Assembly (NCBI GenBank): GCA_005793025.1
Contig: SXQI01000074.1
Coordinates: 1-58,430, forward strand
Direction of reading: 5' to 3'
Length of the DNA stretch: 58,430 nt
Origin: Verrucomicrobiales bacterium
GTDB taxonomy: Bacteria; Verrucomicrobiota; Verrucomicrobiia; Limisphaerales; SXQI01
The position numbers and the translations under genes were made by a program. A model generated the notes under the pieces. It was not told the DNA's origin, did no database searches, and saw only the letters and a program-made list of their open reading frames with translations. Shown here piece after piece: positions 28,249 to 38,177 of the stretch (position 1 is its first letter; each line of letters begins with the position of its first letter).

Positions 28249-30779
28249 GGTAGGATCGCCACGTCAGTCTTCTTCACCCATCCAACTCGGTTCCCAGCGT
28301 CAGCAACATGGAACCATTGCTCACGATTCTCTAGTAACTTTAACTCGGTTCCATCTCGTGCCGTGAACGCGGGTTTGGATTCATCAACGGGGCCATATTT
28401 AGCAGCAGCTTCTTTCACTACTACCACAACCCGTGTGTTTCTCACAGTGGTCGAAAGGATCAATAATACTGAAGCAATCGTGAAAAATGTCACCGCGAGA
28501 TAAAGCGGAAGCGACCGATGATTGAGCTTCGAACCTTTTCTATAGATAAGCACTCCGAAAAGAACGCCATTGCCTGCCCAAAAAAGTAAAGCCACCTCAT
28601 TGGGATTGAAGGATGAAGCGAGAGTTTCGGCGATAGTGTCCGGTGGTCGCGTGATTCGCTGGCGCAAAAACTTAAGGTTTGTTTTGATGTCGGAGTCGTG
28701 CGGAGTGAGTTGTGCCGCTTCTGCCAAGGAAAGGATCGCTAACCCTTGTCGACCGCTTTTCCATGCGGCGTTTGCAAGGTTGAACAACAATGCAGGGGAT
28801 GCTCCATTGGTTCGAATGTTTTGATATTGTTGGAAGGATTGTTGAATGTTTCCTTGTTCGTAGCTTCGATTCGCTTCAGCAAACTGCGCCGTTAATGGAC
28901 TTTGATCAGCGATCACTGGGATTGTAACTCCAAGCATCCAAAACAATAAGAGCGAGCTCAGGCTAGATGTGGTACCATGTTTTTTTCCGGGTGTGGTGCC
29001 AAATATAGATTCCAAGCGCGACAATACCTCAGAGAGGGATCCTTCGTTTCTCGATCCTGCATAACGCGCAAGATTACAAAGATGAAAAAGTTCCTTCAGC
29101 TCGGTTTGAACCTGCGTTTCCTCGTCAAGTCGGATGCGCGGGTTTTCCAAGGTCGTTTCTGTGATGGATTGACTAGGAAGATCCAAGAGATCACCAATGT
29201 GTTCCTGCAGTAGTCGGAAAGCTTGAGTATAAAAACGTATGTGATCCAGCTCTTCAGCAGCACCTCGAAGTTCGATCAGCCCGCCTTGGATCAACAATTG
29301 GGTGCGACGTTTGCGCTGGAACCGTGGGTCGTTGCGTTGTTGCTCCTTTTTATTGAACCAAATGAAGAAACCTAGCCAAGCTAAACAAGGGAGCGTGGTT
29401 GAAGCCCAGAACCAAGGCTGATCAATGAGTAAGGGACGAACCACACTAATTCTACCGAGATCAGGTTTGATATGCTTCAAATCCGATGCGACAGGTTGAA
29501 CAGCCTCGTCCGATCTGGATTGAACAACCGTAGCCTGTGCAGTGGGTTGGCCTGAAGGAACCACCGTGATGGCGATGCTCGAATTCGTCATTGTCACGTA
29601 GCTCCGTCGCTCGGGATCAAAATAACTAAATCGGATTTCGGGAACACTTCTGGCCTCAACTCCCTCAGGAATGACGACCTGTTCGAATGATTTCACCCCC
29701 TCGATTCCAAGTGTGTCCGAGATTTGAATACTACTAGTTGCTGGATAACTTTTGAAGTGTTCCCATGATAACTTAGGTAACGCCATGGAATCGAGTGACC
29801 CCTTGCCTTGAATGTCGATTTTAAGAGTGATCGGGTCTCCAACGGCGAGTGCCACTGGGCCTGCCTTAACTTGCATGGAGAATTGACCGATTGCACCAAG
29901 AAATCCAATTCCCGGAGGAGCTACTGGTAAGGGAAGGACATTGATGGTGACTGTGTCGCTGAGGATAGTGATCTCTTGATAATTGGCTCCACCTCCAAAA
30001 AATTCAGCAATCGGATCATTTGCAGCCCGGCGACCACTCTGGCGCACTTCGATCCCAAATTCTACAGGCCCAAAATTAATCCTTCCAACTTTGGTTGGAG
30101 TGATGGCGACTTTGTAAATCAACATATTGTAGATCATATTGTTGATTTGAACCTTGCTCTGGGTGGGAGGAAGAATCTTATTCACAACGAACCCATCGCC
30201 TTTGATCTGAGGACCTTGTAAATTACGCCCTTCCGTGACGAAAAATTGAAGTTCCGCCGGGATTATTTCCCCCAGAAAGATTTCTTTTTTGGTGATGGCA
30301 ACCCTGGCAAAAGCAAGCTGTCCATTCGCATTGATTGGTTCTCCTTTTGTCACCGTGAGGGTCACGGGTTGGGTTGAGAGAACCTTGTTTTCAGCGCGAA
30401 TACTGATTGCAGGGATTGTGTAAATGCCTTCTCTTGCAGCCGTGATGCTGAAAGCGAAAATATGGCTGTGGTTACTCCGGCCGTTGACAATCGACATCCT
30501 CTGACTTGTTCCAGCAGGCCGAAATGTCAAACCGGCCACCTGAGGAAGACTAGGGTTACTCTTAGGATCGTCATCTTGGAGGGTAGCCTGGAGGGACGCT
30601 GTCTCGCCAACCGAGATTTGGGATCTCTCCAACGTTGCTTGAAAAGTTCCGGCAAAAAGATTTAACGAAAACCAACACGTTGCAAAGATCCGAAAAATCC
30701 AAACATAATTCCCATACGTAGTAGGCAATTGATACTGTTTTTTTAAATGTCGACAGATCACAGTGGCGTCTAAACACAT
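28245..30779 (-). CDS. batD: BatD-like protein fused to a TPR plus SH3b C-terminal module (BatE-like)
   Basis: The N-terminal half is BatD-like beta-rich repeats, followed by a TM helix and basic RKRR, then a TPR-like segment, two TM helices and a C-terminal SH3b-like segment (WFHVADAGNRVGWVKKTDV). The start is uncertain, either the ATG at 30779 or the TTG at 30797. Confidence 0.7.
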   Translation of the reverse strand: MCLDATVICRHLKKQYQLPTTYGNYVWIFRIFATCWFSLNLFAGTFQATLERSQISVGETASLQATLQDDDPKSNPSLPQVAGLTFRPAGTSQRMSIVNGRSNHSHIFAFSITAAREGIYTIPAISIRAENKVLSTQPVTLTVTKGEPINANGQLAFARVAITKKEIFLGEIIPAELQFFVTEGRNLQGPQIKGDGFVVNKILPPTQSKVQINNMIYNMLIYKVAITPTKVGRINFGPVEFGIEVRQSGRRAANDPIAEFFGGGANYQEITILSDTVTINVLPLPVAPPGIGFLGAIGQFSMQVKAGPVALAVGDPITLKIDIQGKGSLDSMALPKLSWEHFKSYPATSSIQISDTLGIEGVKSFEQVVIPEGVEARSVPEIRFSYFDPERRSYVTMTNSSIAITVVPSGQPTAQATVVQSRSDEAVQPVASDLKHIKPDLGRISVVRPLLIDQPWFWASTTLPCLAWLGFFIWFNKKEQQRNDPRFQRKRRTQLLIQGGLIELRGAAEELDHIRFYTQAFRLLQEHIGDLLDLPSQSITETTLENPRIRLDEETQVQTELKELFHLCNLARYAGSRNEGSLSEVLSRLESIFGTTPGKKHGTTSSLSSLLLFWMLGVTIPVIADQSPLTAQFAEANRSYEQGNIQQSFQQYQNIRTNGASPALLFNLANAAWKSGRQGLAILSLAEAAQLTPHDSDIKTNLKFLRQRITRPPDTIAETLASSFNPNEVALLFWAGNGVLFGVLIYRKGSKLNHRSLPLYLAVTFFTIASVLLILSTTVRNTRVVVVVKEAAAKYGPVDESKPAFTARDGTELKLLENREQWFHVADAGNRVGWVKKTDVAILP

Positions 30780-30790
30780 CGGATAACTTT

Positions 30791-32719
30791 TCACCAATCC
30801 TTAAAGATTCGATCTCGAGGTCCCTTTTTGTCGTCTTTGGATGGGAGAAAAATCATTGCTTTTTCTTCGCCCTTTTGAGCTTCCAACATCTGACGAGCCT
30901 GCTTTGGTGTCATTCGACCTAATTGGGCCGATTTCGCGTCCTCGGCTTGCTCGGCCTCCTTTTGAGCCTCCTGTTCACCGTTGTCAGGACTTGGCTCTCC
31001 TTCTCCTTGTTGTTGATCCTTCCCGGCTTGGTTTGGATCCTCTTTCTCGTTCCCTTGGGGATCCTTGGACTGTGAGGGATCCTCGCCCTTCTTAGGTTCT
31101 GGCTTTTCTTCTGATGATTTGTCGTCCTTCGACTCGGAGGATTCTTTGTCTTTGTCGTCCTTTGATTTGTTATCAGGCTCGCCCTCTGAATCTTTATTAT
31201 CCTTATCCTTCTGATCCTGAGGTTGCTTATCCTTGGAGGATTCTTTTTGTTGTTTTTTGAGTTCCTCCAATCGTTGACGGACGAGGTTCAAATTGTGTTC
31301 TGCATCCTTATCCTTGGGTTCTAGATTCAACGCTTTTTCGAAATGCTGAAGTGATCGTTCCCACTGTTCCTGCTTTTGTTTTGCGTCCGATTCGCTCTCA
31401 CCTAAGCGAAATTCGGAGTTTCCCAGATTATAATAAGCGTGTTGTTGAAGGCTCTTTTCCTTCGCAGATAGAGCAGCCTCAAAGCGCTGCGCGGCTTTGG
31501 CGTAATCCTCATCCGCGTAGGCACTGCTTCCAGAGTTGTATTGGAGACGAGGATCATCAGGACGGCCTGACAACAAGCGGTCGTATTCTTCTCGTGCTTT
31601 ATTATACTCCCCGCGCTCAAAATCTCGTTTTGCTTTGTTTGCCGAAGCGAGAGCAGGTTGGGAAGATAATATCAACAACGCGAGAACCGCTGAAACTCCC
31701 GCCAACTGTTTGCGGATCCGAAAACCGGACTCGACCCAAAAAACCTCAAGAATCATCGCGAGGATCCCAAGTGCTAACGGCCATCGAAATCTATCATGCA
31801 TTTTTTTGACTTTTTTGCTCGAAAAATCAGAGGTCGGTAGCGGCTTCAAACCTTGTTCGTAAAGCACATCCATTGCTTTATTCTCACGTAAGGAAATATA
31901 AAAGCCTCCAGTATTACTAGCAAGTTCGCGCAGAATTGATTCGTTTAGGGCGGATTTTACAACGTTTCCCTGATCATCTTTCACAAAGGATTCCTTTCCT
32001 TGGGCATCCTTGACGCGCAGCAATTCACCAGCGGGGGTACCAACCCCTACCGTAAAAATTTTTAACCCCGCCTTAGAAGCATTCTTGGAGGCGGCCTCGA
32101 TGCCTTCCTCATGGTCCTCTCCATCGGTCAGGATGATCAACACTTTATGGTTATCGCCGCTATCATTTTTAAACGTGCTCAAGGCTGCGTCGATGGCACC
32201 CGTCAACGCGGTTCCACCCTGAGGTATTATTCCTGTGTCGATGATGTTGACGCTTTGTCGGAAGGCTTCTTCATCCAGAGTTAACGGGCATTGGACGAAA
32301 GCGGAGCCGGCGAAAGCAATCAATCCAAGACGATCTTGTTTTGCCAACTTCATCAAATCCATCGCCGCAAGTTTTGCGCGACTCAGTCGATTGGGTGCAA
32401 CATCGTTGGCGAGCATACTGCGTGAAGTGTCGATGGCGACAAAGATATCCCGCCCTCGTTGCGTCGCCTCCTCCCAGTTTTCACCCCACTGAGGCTGAGC
32501 AAGTGCGAGCCATAAAAATACAGAAATAATGACTACAAGAACCAATCGCCACTTTTGCCAGACAACATCTACTCCGTGGAGCATTTTGGGTAAAAGGCGA
32601 TTATCGACAAATCGGGTCAACAGTAATTGCCTGTGACGCCAAGACCAGATTAAGAAAATGGCCAAAAGCAATATTGCCAATGTTCCGATCCACAACACGG
32701 TTAGATGAGCAAATCTCAT
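30791..32719 (-). CDS. batB: VWA domain protein with TPR repeats and charged tail (BatB/BatC-like)
   Basis: Two N-terminal TM helices, a MIDAS motif (DTSRSM), a VWA fold, another TM helix, TPR repeats, and then a K/D/E/S/Q-rich tail. Confidence 0.8.
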   Translation of the reverse strand: MRFAHLTVLWIGTLAILLLAIFLIWSWRHRQLLLTRFVDNRLLPKMLHGVDVVWQKWRLVLVVIISVFLWLALAQPQWGENWEEATQRGRDIFVAIDTSRSMLANDVAPNRLSRAKLAAMDLMKLAKQDRLGLIAFAGSAFVQCPLTLDEEAFRQSVNIIDTGIIPQGGTALTGAIDAALSTFKNDSGDNHKVLIILTDGEDHEEGIEAASKNASKAGLKIFTVGVGTPAGELLRVKDAQGKESFVKDDQGNVVKSALNESILRELASNTGGFYISLRENKAMDVLYEQGLKPLPTSDFSSKKVKKMHDRFRWPLALGILAMILEVFWVESGFRIRKQLAGVSAVLALLILSSQPALASANKAKRDFERGEYNKAREEYDRLLSGRPDDPRLQYNSGSSAYADEDYAKAAQRFEAALSAKEKSLQQHAYYNLGNSEFRLGESESDAKQKQEQWERSLQHFEKALNLEPKDKDAEHNLNLVRQRLEELKKQQKESSKDKQPQDQKDKDNKDSEGEPDNKSKDDKDKESSESKDDKSSEEKPEPKKGEDPSQSKDPQGNEKEDPNQAGKDQQQGEGEPSPDNGEQEAQKEAEQAEDAKSAQLGRMTPKQARQMLEAQKGEEKAMIFLPSKDDKKGPRDRIFKDW

Positions 32720-32723
32720 GGAG

Positions 32724-33725
32724 TTAAGGTAGTCGGCGCCAAACGGTGTGGTTGAGGATTATTTCCAAGAGGAACACCATTAATCCAGCTAACACGAACC
32801 AAGGGAAAAGCTCATGGTATTGCTGAAATTTTTTCAACTCAGCGTCGGTTCGCTCTAATTGATCGATTTCATCATAGATATTTCGAAGAGCCGCCGTGTT
32901 GTCTGCTCGATAATACTTTGCACCAGTGCGCGTCGCGACTTTGGTTAACGTGTCCTCATCAATGTCAACTTTTTGAGTAGTTCTCGATCGTTGTCCAAAC
33001 GCGTTAACATACGGAACGTAGGCTGTGCCCCTCGTTCCCACTCCGATGGTATAAACTTTGATCTTTAGTGCTTCTGCTGCTTCTGCTGCAGCGAGCGGTG
33101 GAACTTTACCCGCATTGTTTTGACCATCGGTCATGAGAATCACAATTCTACTTTTCGATGTAAGTTCGCGCACCCGATTCACCGCCGCTGCAATTCCAGA
33201 ACCGATTGCAGTCCCATCCTCAATGGTGCCCAGCTCCAATCGATCCAAGTTTTGCAGTAAGAACTCATGGTCGAGCGTGATGGGGGCCGCGATGTAAGGC
33301 TTTCCGGCAAACGCAACCAAACCAATTCGGTCGCTTGTTCGTTTATCTACAAACTTACGGATGACATCCTTCGCAATTTCTAAACGATTCACGGGATTCC
33401 CTCGAAGCTCAAAATCCTCTGCCGCCATGCTGGTGGAAAGATCAAGGCAGATCACGATATCAATGCCGCTAGCGTTGATTTTCGCCTCGCCATCTGGGAG
33501 ACGCGGCTGTGCTGCTGCGACGATAAGGAGTGCCAAACTCACCCAGCGCAACCTCAGAAGCATCGCTCCCACGTTTGACCGATTGAGATTGGTCATGCCA
33601 CGGACGAGCTGCACAGAGGAATAAAGGAACGCTGATTCGCGACCGCGTTTACCCTTCAGCCATGCCAGCACCGGAATTGCAATCAGCGCCGTCAGGATCC
33701 AAGGATAGGCAAATGAAAGACTCAT
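32724..33725 (-). CDS. batA: VWA domain membrane protein (BatA-like)
   Basis: N-terminal TM helices, a MIDAS motif (DLSTSM), a VWA fold and a C-terminal TM helix. Confidence 0.8.
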   Translation of the reverse strand: MSLSFAYPWILTALIAIPVLAWLKGKRGRESAFLYSSVQLVRGMTNLNRSNVGAMLLRLRWVSLALLIVAAAQPRLPDGEAKINASGIDIVICLDLSTSMAAEDFELRGNPVNRLEIAKDVIRKFVDKRTSDRIGLVAFAGKPYIAAPITLDHEFLLQNLDRLELGTIEDGTAIGSGIAAAVNRVRELTSKSRIVILMTDGQNNAGKVPPLAAAEAAEALKIKVYTIGVGTRGTAYVPYVNAFGQRSRTTQKVDIDEDTLTKVATRTGAKYYRADNTAALRNIYDEIDQLERTDAELKKFQQYHELFPWFVLAGLMVFLLEIILNHTVWRRLP

Positions 33726-34294
33726 GGTGCTGGCTTGGTTGGAGCGACTAGCTCCAACATTTGGGTCTCATCGATGAGACGGAGTGCAGAATCCAACAAT
33801 TTCCGCAATTCGGGTTCGGTGGGTTCGTGCTTGGCAAATTTAACAAGATCACATCGTTGCAGAAAATCTTCTAAAAATCCCTTTTGGTGATGGTTTAATA
33901 ATTCTGTGGCCCTGAGTTCGTAGAGGAATTCTTCAGTGGTTCGGTCTGGGGCGTGCAATGAAAAGCGTTCCTCCAAATATACCCTCAATACTTCTGACAG
34001 AAGAGAACAGAACGCGTAGGGATCAGAAATCAAAGCCAGAGCCTGATGGAGTCGGTCTTTAGCCTTTCTGTGTGGAGGAATAACAATGACAGCTTTTACC
34101 AAGGTCTTGCGCTTTTTGCTCCACCACCAAGCCATTGCAACCACGATCAGAATGACCAGCAACCCGATCGCAATCCAAGGCCAGTCGCTCGGGATTTGTT
34201 CGAGTGGTTTCGCCGGACGCAACTCCATGGTGTTAGAGTTGTGATTCGGGCCTGAGGGTGGGACGATCAGGGCAGAATTAGTCGTGAGTGCCAT
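33722..34294 (-). CDS. DUF4381-like single-pass membrane protein
   Basis: The WPWIAIGLLVILIVVAMAWWW TM helix is followed by a helical domain, in the canonical position between DUF58 and batA. The start is ambiguous among the TTG at 34303, the ATG at 34294 and the ATG at 34228. Confidence 0.6.
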   Translation of the reverse strand: MALTTNSALIVPPSGPNHNSNTMELRPAKPLEQIPSDWPWIAIGLLVILIVVAMAWWWSKKRKTLVKAVIVIPPHRKAKDRLHQALALISDPYAFCSLLSEVLRVYLEERFSLHAPDRTTEEFLYELRATELLNHHQKGFLEDFLQRCDLVKFAKHEPTEPELRKLLDSALRLIDETQMLELVAPTKPAP

Positions 34295-34299
34295 AGGGC

Positions 34300-35184
34300 T
34301 CAACAGCGCAATCGACGACGCTCCCGTGTTTCAAAGAATCGGGCAAGGGGAATGGCGTAGGGTTGATCGGTGCGGAGTTGAATGCTATCGACCCCGGCCG
34401 TCATTAAAGTTTTAAGCATCTGCACTTGGTGTTTCTGACGACGCTCGACGAATCCTTTGCGCTTGCGGGTATCGCCGGTGTTGATCTCGATGATTTCATC
34501 CGTCTCTGCGTCTCGTAGTCTGATGTAACCCAACGCTGGCAAATCGTATTCCCGCTCATCCTCTATATGCACAGCTACCAGATCGTGCTTTCGGTTCACT
34601 TGGCGTACGAGGCTCGGGGGTATTGGGTTCAGGAAATCAGAAACCAAAACCGCGATACTTCTGTGTTTCGTGACGCGAAGCAAGAATTGCAATGCTTCGT
34701 CAACCCGAGTCTGTCGATGTTCAGGTTGGAAAACCATGATCTCACGAATCACGCGTAACACATGCCGTTTTCCCTTCCTTGGTGGAATGAACCTTTCCAC
34801 CCGATCACTGAAAAGCAACAAACCTACTTTGTCGTTGTTCCGGATAGCTGAGAACGCGAGGACGGAAGCGATCTCTGCGGCAAGTTCTCGTTTAGTTTGG
34901 CTCCCAGAACCGAATAAATTGGATCCGCTCACATCCACGATCAACATCACAGTGAGTTCGCGTTCCTCCACAAACTTTTTGACGAAAGGATGGTTCATTC
35001 GAGCGGTGACATTCCAGTCAATCGTCCGAACTTCGTCCCCAGGTTGATACTCACGAACTTCATCGAAATTCATGCCTTGGCCCTTGAAAACACTGTGGTA
35101 TTGCCCAGCTAAGGACTCGCTCACAAGTCGATTCGTGCGTAATTCAATCTGCCTAATTTTTTTGAGAACTTCCCTCGGTATCAT
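34300..35184 (-). CDS. DUF58 domain protein
   Basis: The VREYQPGDEVRTIDWNVTAR hallmark is followed by a VWA-like fold, directly downstream of the MoxR ATPase gene. Confidence 0.85.
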   Translation of the reverse strand: MIPREVLKKIRQIELRTNRLVSESLAGQYHSVFKGQGMNFDEVREYQPGDEVRTIDWNVTARMNHPFVKKFVEERELTVMLIVDVSGSNLFGSGSQTKRELAAEIASVLAFSAIRNNDKVGLLLFSDRVERFIPPRKGKRHVLRVIREIMVFQPEHRQTRVDEALQFLLRVTKHRSIAVLVSDFLNPIPPSLVRQVNRKHDLVAVHIEDEREYDLPALGYIRLRDAETDEIIEINTGDTRKRKGFVERRQKHQVQMLKTLMTAGVDSIQLRTDQPYAIPLARFFETRERRRLRC

Positions 35185-35223
35185 GGGATGACAAGTTCAG
35201 GATTTTTCGATCTTAATCTAGGA

Positions 35224-36213
35224 TCAGGGCACGGGGAGTTCGTCGAAAATCTTCTGGATGATGTTCTCACTCGACTTGTCTTCGGCCTCCGCTTCGTAGG
35301 TGACCGTGATTCGGTGACGGAGTACATCCATCCCGATACTCTTCACATCCTGAGGAGTCACATAGCCTCGCCCACGTAGGAACGCATGAGCCTTGGCTGC
35401 CAAAGTCAGAGCAATCGTTGCTCGGGGCGATGCACCCATTTGAATTAAATCTTTTAACTCTAGGCTATAGTCATCCGGCGATCGTGTCGCACACACCACA
35501 TCGACGATGTAATCCTTTACCTTGTCGTCCATGTATATCGCATTAATCACCTCGCGCGCATGTTTGATCTGCTCGAATGTCACTACTGGCTGGACGGACG
35601 GTAGTTGGTCGGTCCGACCCATTAGGTCTAGGATTTGGCGTTCCTCAGCACGGGGCGGATAGGTAACTTTCAGCTTGAGCATGAAGCGGTCCACTTGGGC
35701 TTCAGGAAGTGGGTAAGTGCCCTCTTGCTCAATTGGGTTTTGGGTTGCCAATACCAAAAAAGGATCGTCCAAAGGGTAGCTCTGATCACCAAGCGTGACT
35801 TGTCGTTCTTGCATGGCCTCGAGCAAGGCACTCTGAACTTTTGCGGGCGCGCGGTTGATTTCATCAGCCAAGACTAAATTGGCGAAAATGGGCCCGCGCC
35901 GTGTGCTGAATGTCCCAGTCTGAAGGGTGAATATTTGCGTCCCAATGACATCAGCCGGAAGCATGTCTGGGGTAAACTGTAACCGTGAAAATTTGAGGTG
36001 AATCGCGGATGCTAAACTTTTCACAGCCAAAGTTTTTGCCAAACCCGGCACGCCCTCCAGCAAGAGGTGTCCGTTGGTGAGAAGCCCAATACAAAGGCGT
36101 TCCAGCAGATATCGTTGCCCAATCACAACTTTGCCGATTTCGTTAAAAAGAGGCTGAACGAATCCTCCGGCCCTATTTACTTCTGCGGTGATAGCACCAA
36201 TGTCCATACTCAT
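35224..36213 (-). CDS. MoxR-family AAA+ ATPase
   Basis: Contains GVPGLAKT (Walker A), LADEINRA (Walker B), and ATQNP...EAQ.DRF blocks. Confidence 0.9.
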   Translation of the reverse strand: MSMDIGAITAEVNRAGGFVQPLFNEIGKVVIGQRYLLERLCIGLLTNGHLLLEGVPGLAKTLAVKSLASAIHLKFSRLQFTPDMLPADVIGTQIFTLQTGTFSTRRGPIFANLVLADEINRAPAKVQSALLEAMQERQVTLGDQSYPLDDPFLVLATQNPIEQEGTYPLPEAQVDRFMLKLKVTYPPRAEERQILDLMGRTDQLPSVQPVVTFEQIKHAREVINAIYMDDKVKDYIVDVVCATRSPDDYSLELKDLIQMGASPRATIALTLAAKAHAFLRGRGYVTPQDVKSIGMDVLRHRITVTYEAEAEDKSSENIIQKIFDELPVP

Positions 36214-36471
36214 ATTGGATTCAATGCTGCCTGATCATAGGGTAAAAACGAGAAAATGTTTTGCCATTAATACCTATCGAAATCATTTTTCTAGTCACCT
36301 CCATTCAGGGAGTTCCGGCTTGAATGTGAAAGCTAGAATCTAATCATACATCAATCCCAATTTCGCCTGTTGACTTTGACCGACAGCATCTCTAACAGAA
36401 CAAAAGTAAATCTGATCAACCATTCAAATCGATTTAAGTAGGTAACAACTCTCTACCGAAGGAATTCCAGA

Positions 36472-37749
36472 ATGTATTCGTCAAATTTGGCCTCATCTCG
36501 AAGCTATAATTTCCTGGTCAGTGTTGCTCGGGTGCTTCTCGGATGTTGGCTATTCGAATTTGAAACCAATGCGGGAGATTGGCCGCAGTTGCTAGGGCCG
36601 TTGAGAAACGGTCAAAGTGCCGAGACAAATCTCAGCACCCGTTGGCCCGAGGAAGGGCCTCCTGTGTTATGGAAACGGAAAACAGGCGAAGGTTTTGCGA
36701 GTCCCTCAGTGGTTTCAAATTATTTAGTCATACCCCATCGATTGGAGCAGGAGGAGGTCATTGAATGTTTGGATCCACGTTCTGGGGTGACCCTGTGGAA
36801 AACTTCCTTTCCCACAAATTTCAAGGACGATTTTGGCTCGGACGACGGTCCGAGGGCAACTCCAACGATCTCAGGCAATCAAGTTTTCCTCATGAGCGCT
36901 GAGGGGTTGGTAACCGCCCTAGATATCTCCTCCGGGAAGCTCTTGTGGAGTGTTGATACGAAGACTGTTTTCGGTGCTCCAAAAGGATTCTTTGGCATGG
37001 CCTGTTCTCCCTTGGTCGTCGATGGTCGAGTCCTCCTCAATATCGGTGGCCGTGAGGGGTCTGGGATTGTGGCCCTAGACCAGTCGACAGGCAAACTCGT
37101 TTGGCGATCAACGGGCGACGAGGCTAGCTACTCATCACCCGTGCTAGCGCGAGTGGGTCAAAGTTCGATCGCAACATTCTTTACTCGGAATGGGTTGGCA
37201 CTCCTACAGCCCGGAGATGGAAAAATTCTCGCAACCTATCCCTGGCGAAGTCGAACCGCTGCTTCAGTAAACGCAGCACTCCCTGTCGTGGTTGAAAACC
37301 AGATTTTCCTTTCTGCCAGTTACGAAACTGGTGCCATCCTGCTGAGGTGGCAGGAGGGTCGCCTAGAAAAAATTTGGGCAAAAGACGGGGTGATTTCAAA
37401 TCACTATGCTACCAGCGTCCATCATAATGGTTACCTCTATGGATTTGATGGGCGCCAAGAGCTTCGTCCCTCGCTGACATGCGTGGAGTTTGCAACTGGA
37501 AAAGTCATGTGGCGAGAGGACCAAATTCCTTCCGGAACACTATTAACTTTCGGAGATTTCCTTCTCATCACTCTTGAGACTGGAGAGGTATGGTTAGTCA
37601 AGGCGACGCCAGCACGTTTTGAGAGAGTCGCTCGTTCGCAATTAGCCGGACATGGAGTACGCGCATACCCCGCACTCTCAAACAGAAAATTATTCGTCAA
37701 AAGCAAATCCGAATTGGTCGCAATCGACTTGACGATAAACAGTCAGTAA
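36472..37749 (+). CDS. PQQ-like/BamB-like beta-propeller repeat protein, secreted
   Basis: Has a signal-like N-terminus and repeated blocks of the form G..LW......(S)P.v....v, such as GVTLWKT, GKLLWSV, GKLVWRS and GKVMWRE. Confidence 0.7.
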   Translation: MYSSNLASSRSYNFLVSVARVLLGCWLFEFETNAGDWPQLLGPLRNGQSAETNLSTRWPEEGPPVLWKRKTGEGFASPSVVSNYLVIPHRLEQEEVIECLDPRSGVTLWKTSFPTNFKDDFGSDDGPRATPTISGNQVFLMSAEGLVTALDISSGKLLWSVDTKTVFGAPKGFFGMACSPLVVDGRVLLNIGGREGSGIVALDQSTGKLVWRSTGDEASYSSPVLARVGQSSIATFFTRNGLALLQPGDGKILATYPWRSRTAASVNAALPVVVENQIFLSASYETGAILLRWQEGRLEKIWAKDGVISNHYATSVHHNGYLYGFDGRQELRPSLTCVEFATGKVMWREDQIPSGTLLTFGDFLLITLETGEVWLVKATPARFERVARSQLAGHGVRAYPALSNRKLFVKSKSELVAIDLTINSQ

Positions 37750-37801
37750 TACGGCATCCAGATTAAAGAGGAATCTCGATGCTGGATGGACAGAAGGTTT
37801 T

Positions 37802-38104
37802 CTACTCTTCGTCGAATTTCCTCTTAACCAAAGCCTCTAATTCTGTGACTGCCGATAACGCATCGGCACCCGAAGCACAGACCTTTAACTTCGAACCCGG
37901 GCCCGCAGCAAGCATCATGAGTCCCATGATGGATTTCCCGTTCACCGTTTCTCCATCTTTTTCAACAAATACCTGACACTCAAAACGGTTGGCAATTTTA
38001 ACAAACATTGCCGCGGGTCTTGCGTGAATGCCGAGCTTGTTTACCACAGTAAACTGGCGAGTAATTTCTTTGCCCAAGTCGATGTTTTCTTGTGAGGTAT
38101 TCAT
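37802..38104 (-). CDS. ptsH: phosphocarrier protein HPr
   Basis: LGIHARPAA (His15 site) and NGKSIMGLMML (Ser46 site). Confidence 0.9.
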   Translation of the reverse strand: MNTSQENIDLGKEITRQFTVVNKLGIHARPAAMFVKIANRFECQVFVEKDGETVNGKSIMGLMMLAAGPGSKLKVCASGADALSAVTELEALVKRKFDEE

Positions 38105-38177
38105 CTCTTCCGGAACTTATCGAGGAAATCTCTTCAATTTACCAATGGTTTATTCAAAATAATCTCAGGTCGGTATC

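Noticed and set aside
31351-31862. Two plus-strand ORFs (152 and 108 aa) opposite the BatB-like gene.
   Set aside because: They arise from the compositionally biased TPR and charged-tail coding region on the other strand, and the sense-strand gene has clear VWA/TPR features.
28245-36213. Whether the MoxR/VWA cluster could be an undescribed conflict or defence system.
   Set aside because: The gene order MoxR-DUF58-DUF4381-BatA-BatB-BatD is the classical Bat-type cluster. No nuclease, protease, TIR or other effector-like domain is visible, so it is reported only as a known cluster with unusual fusions.
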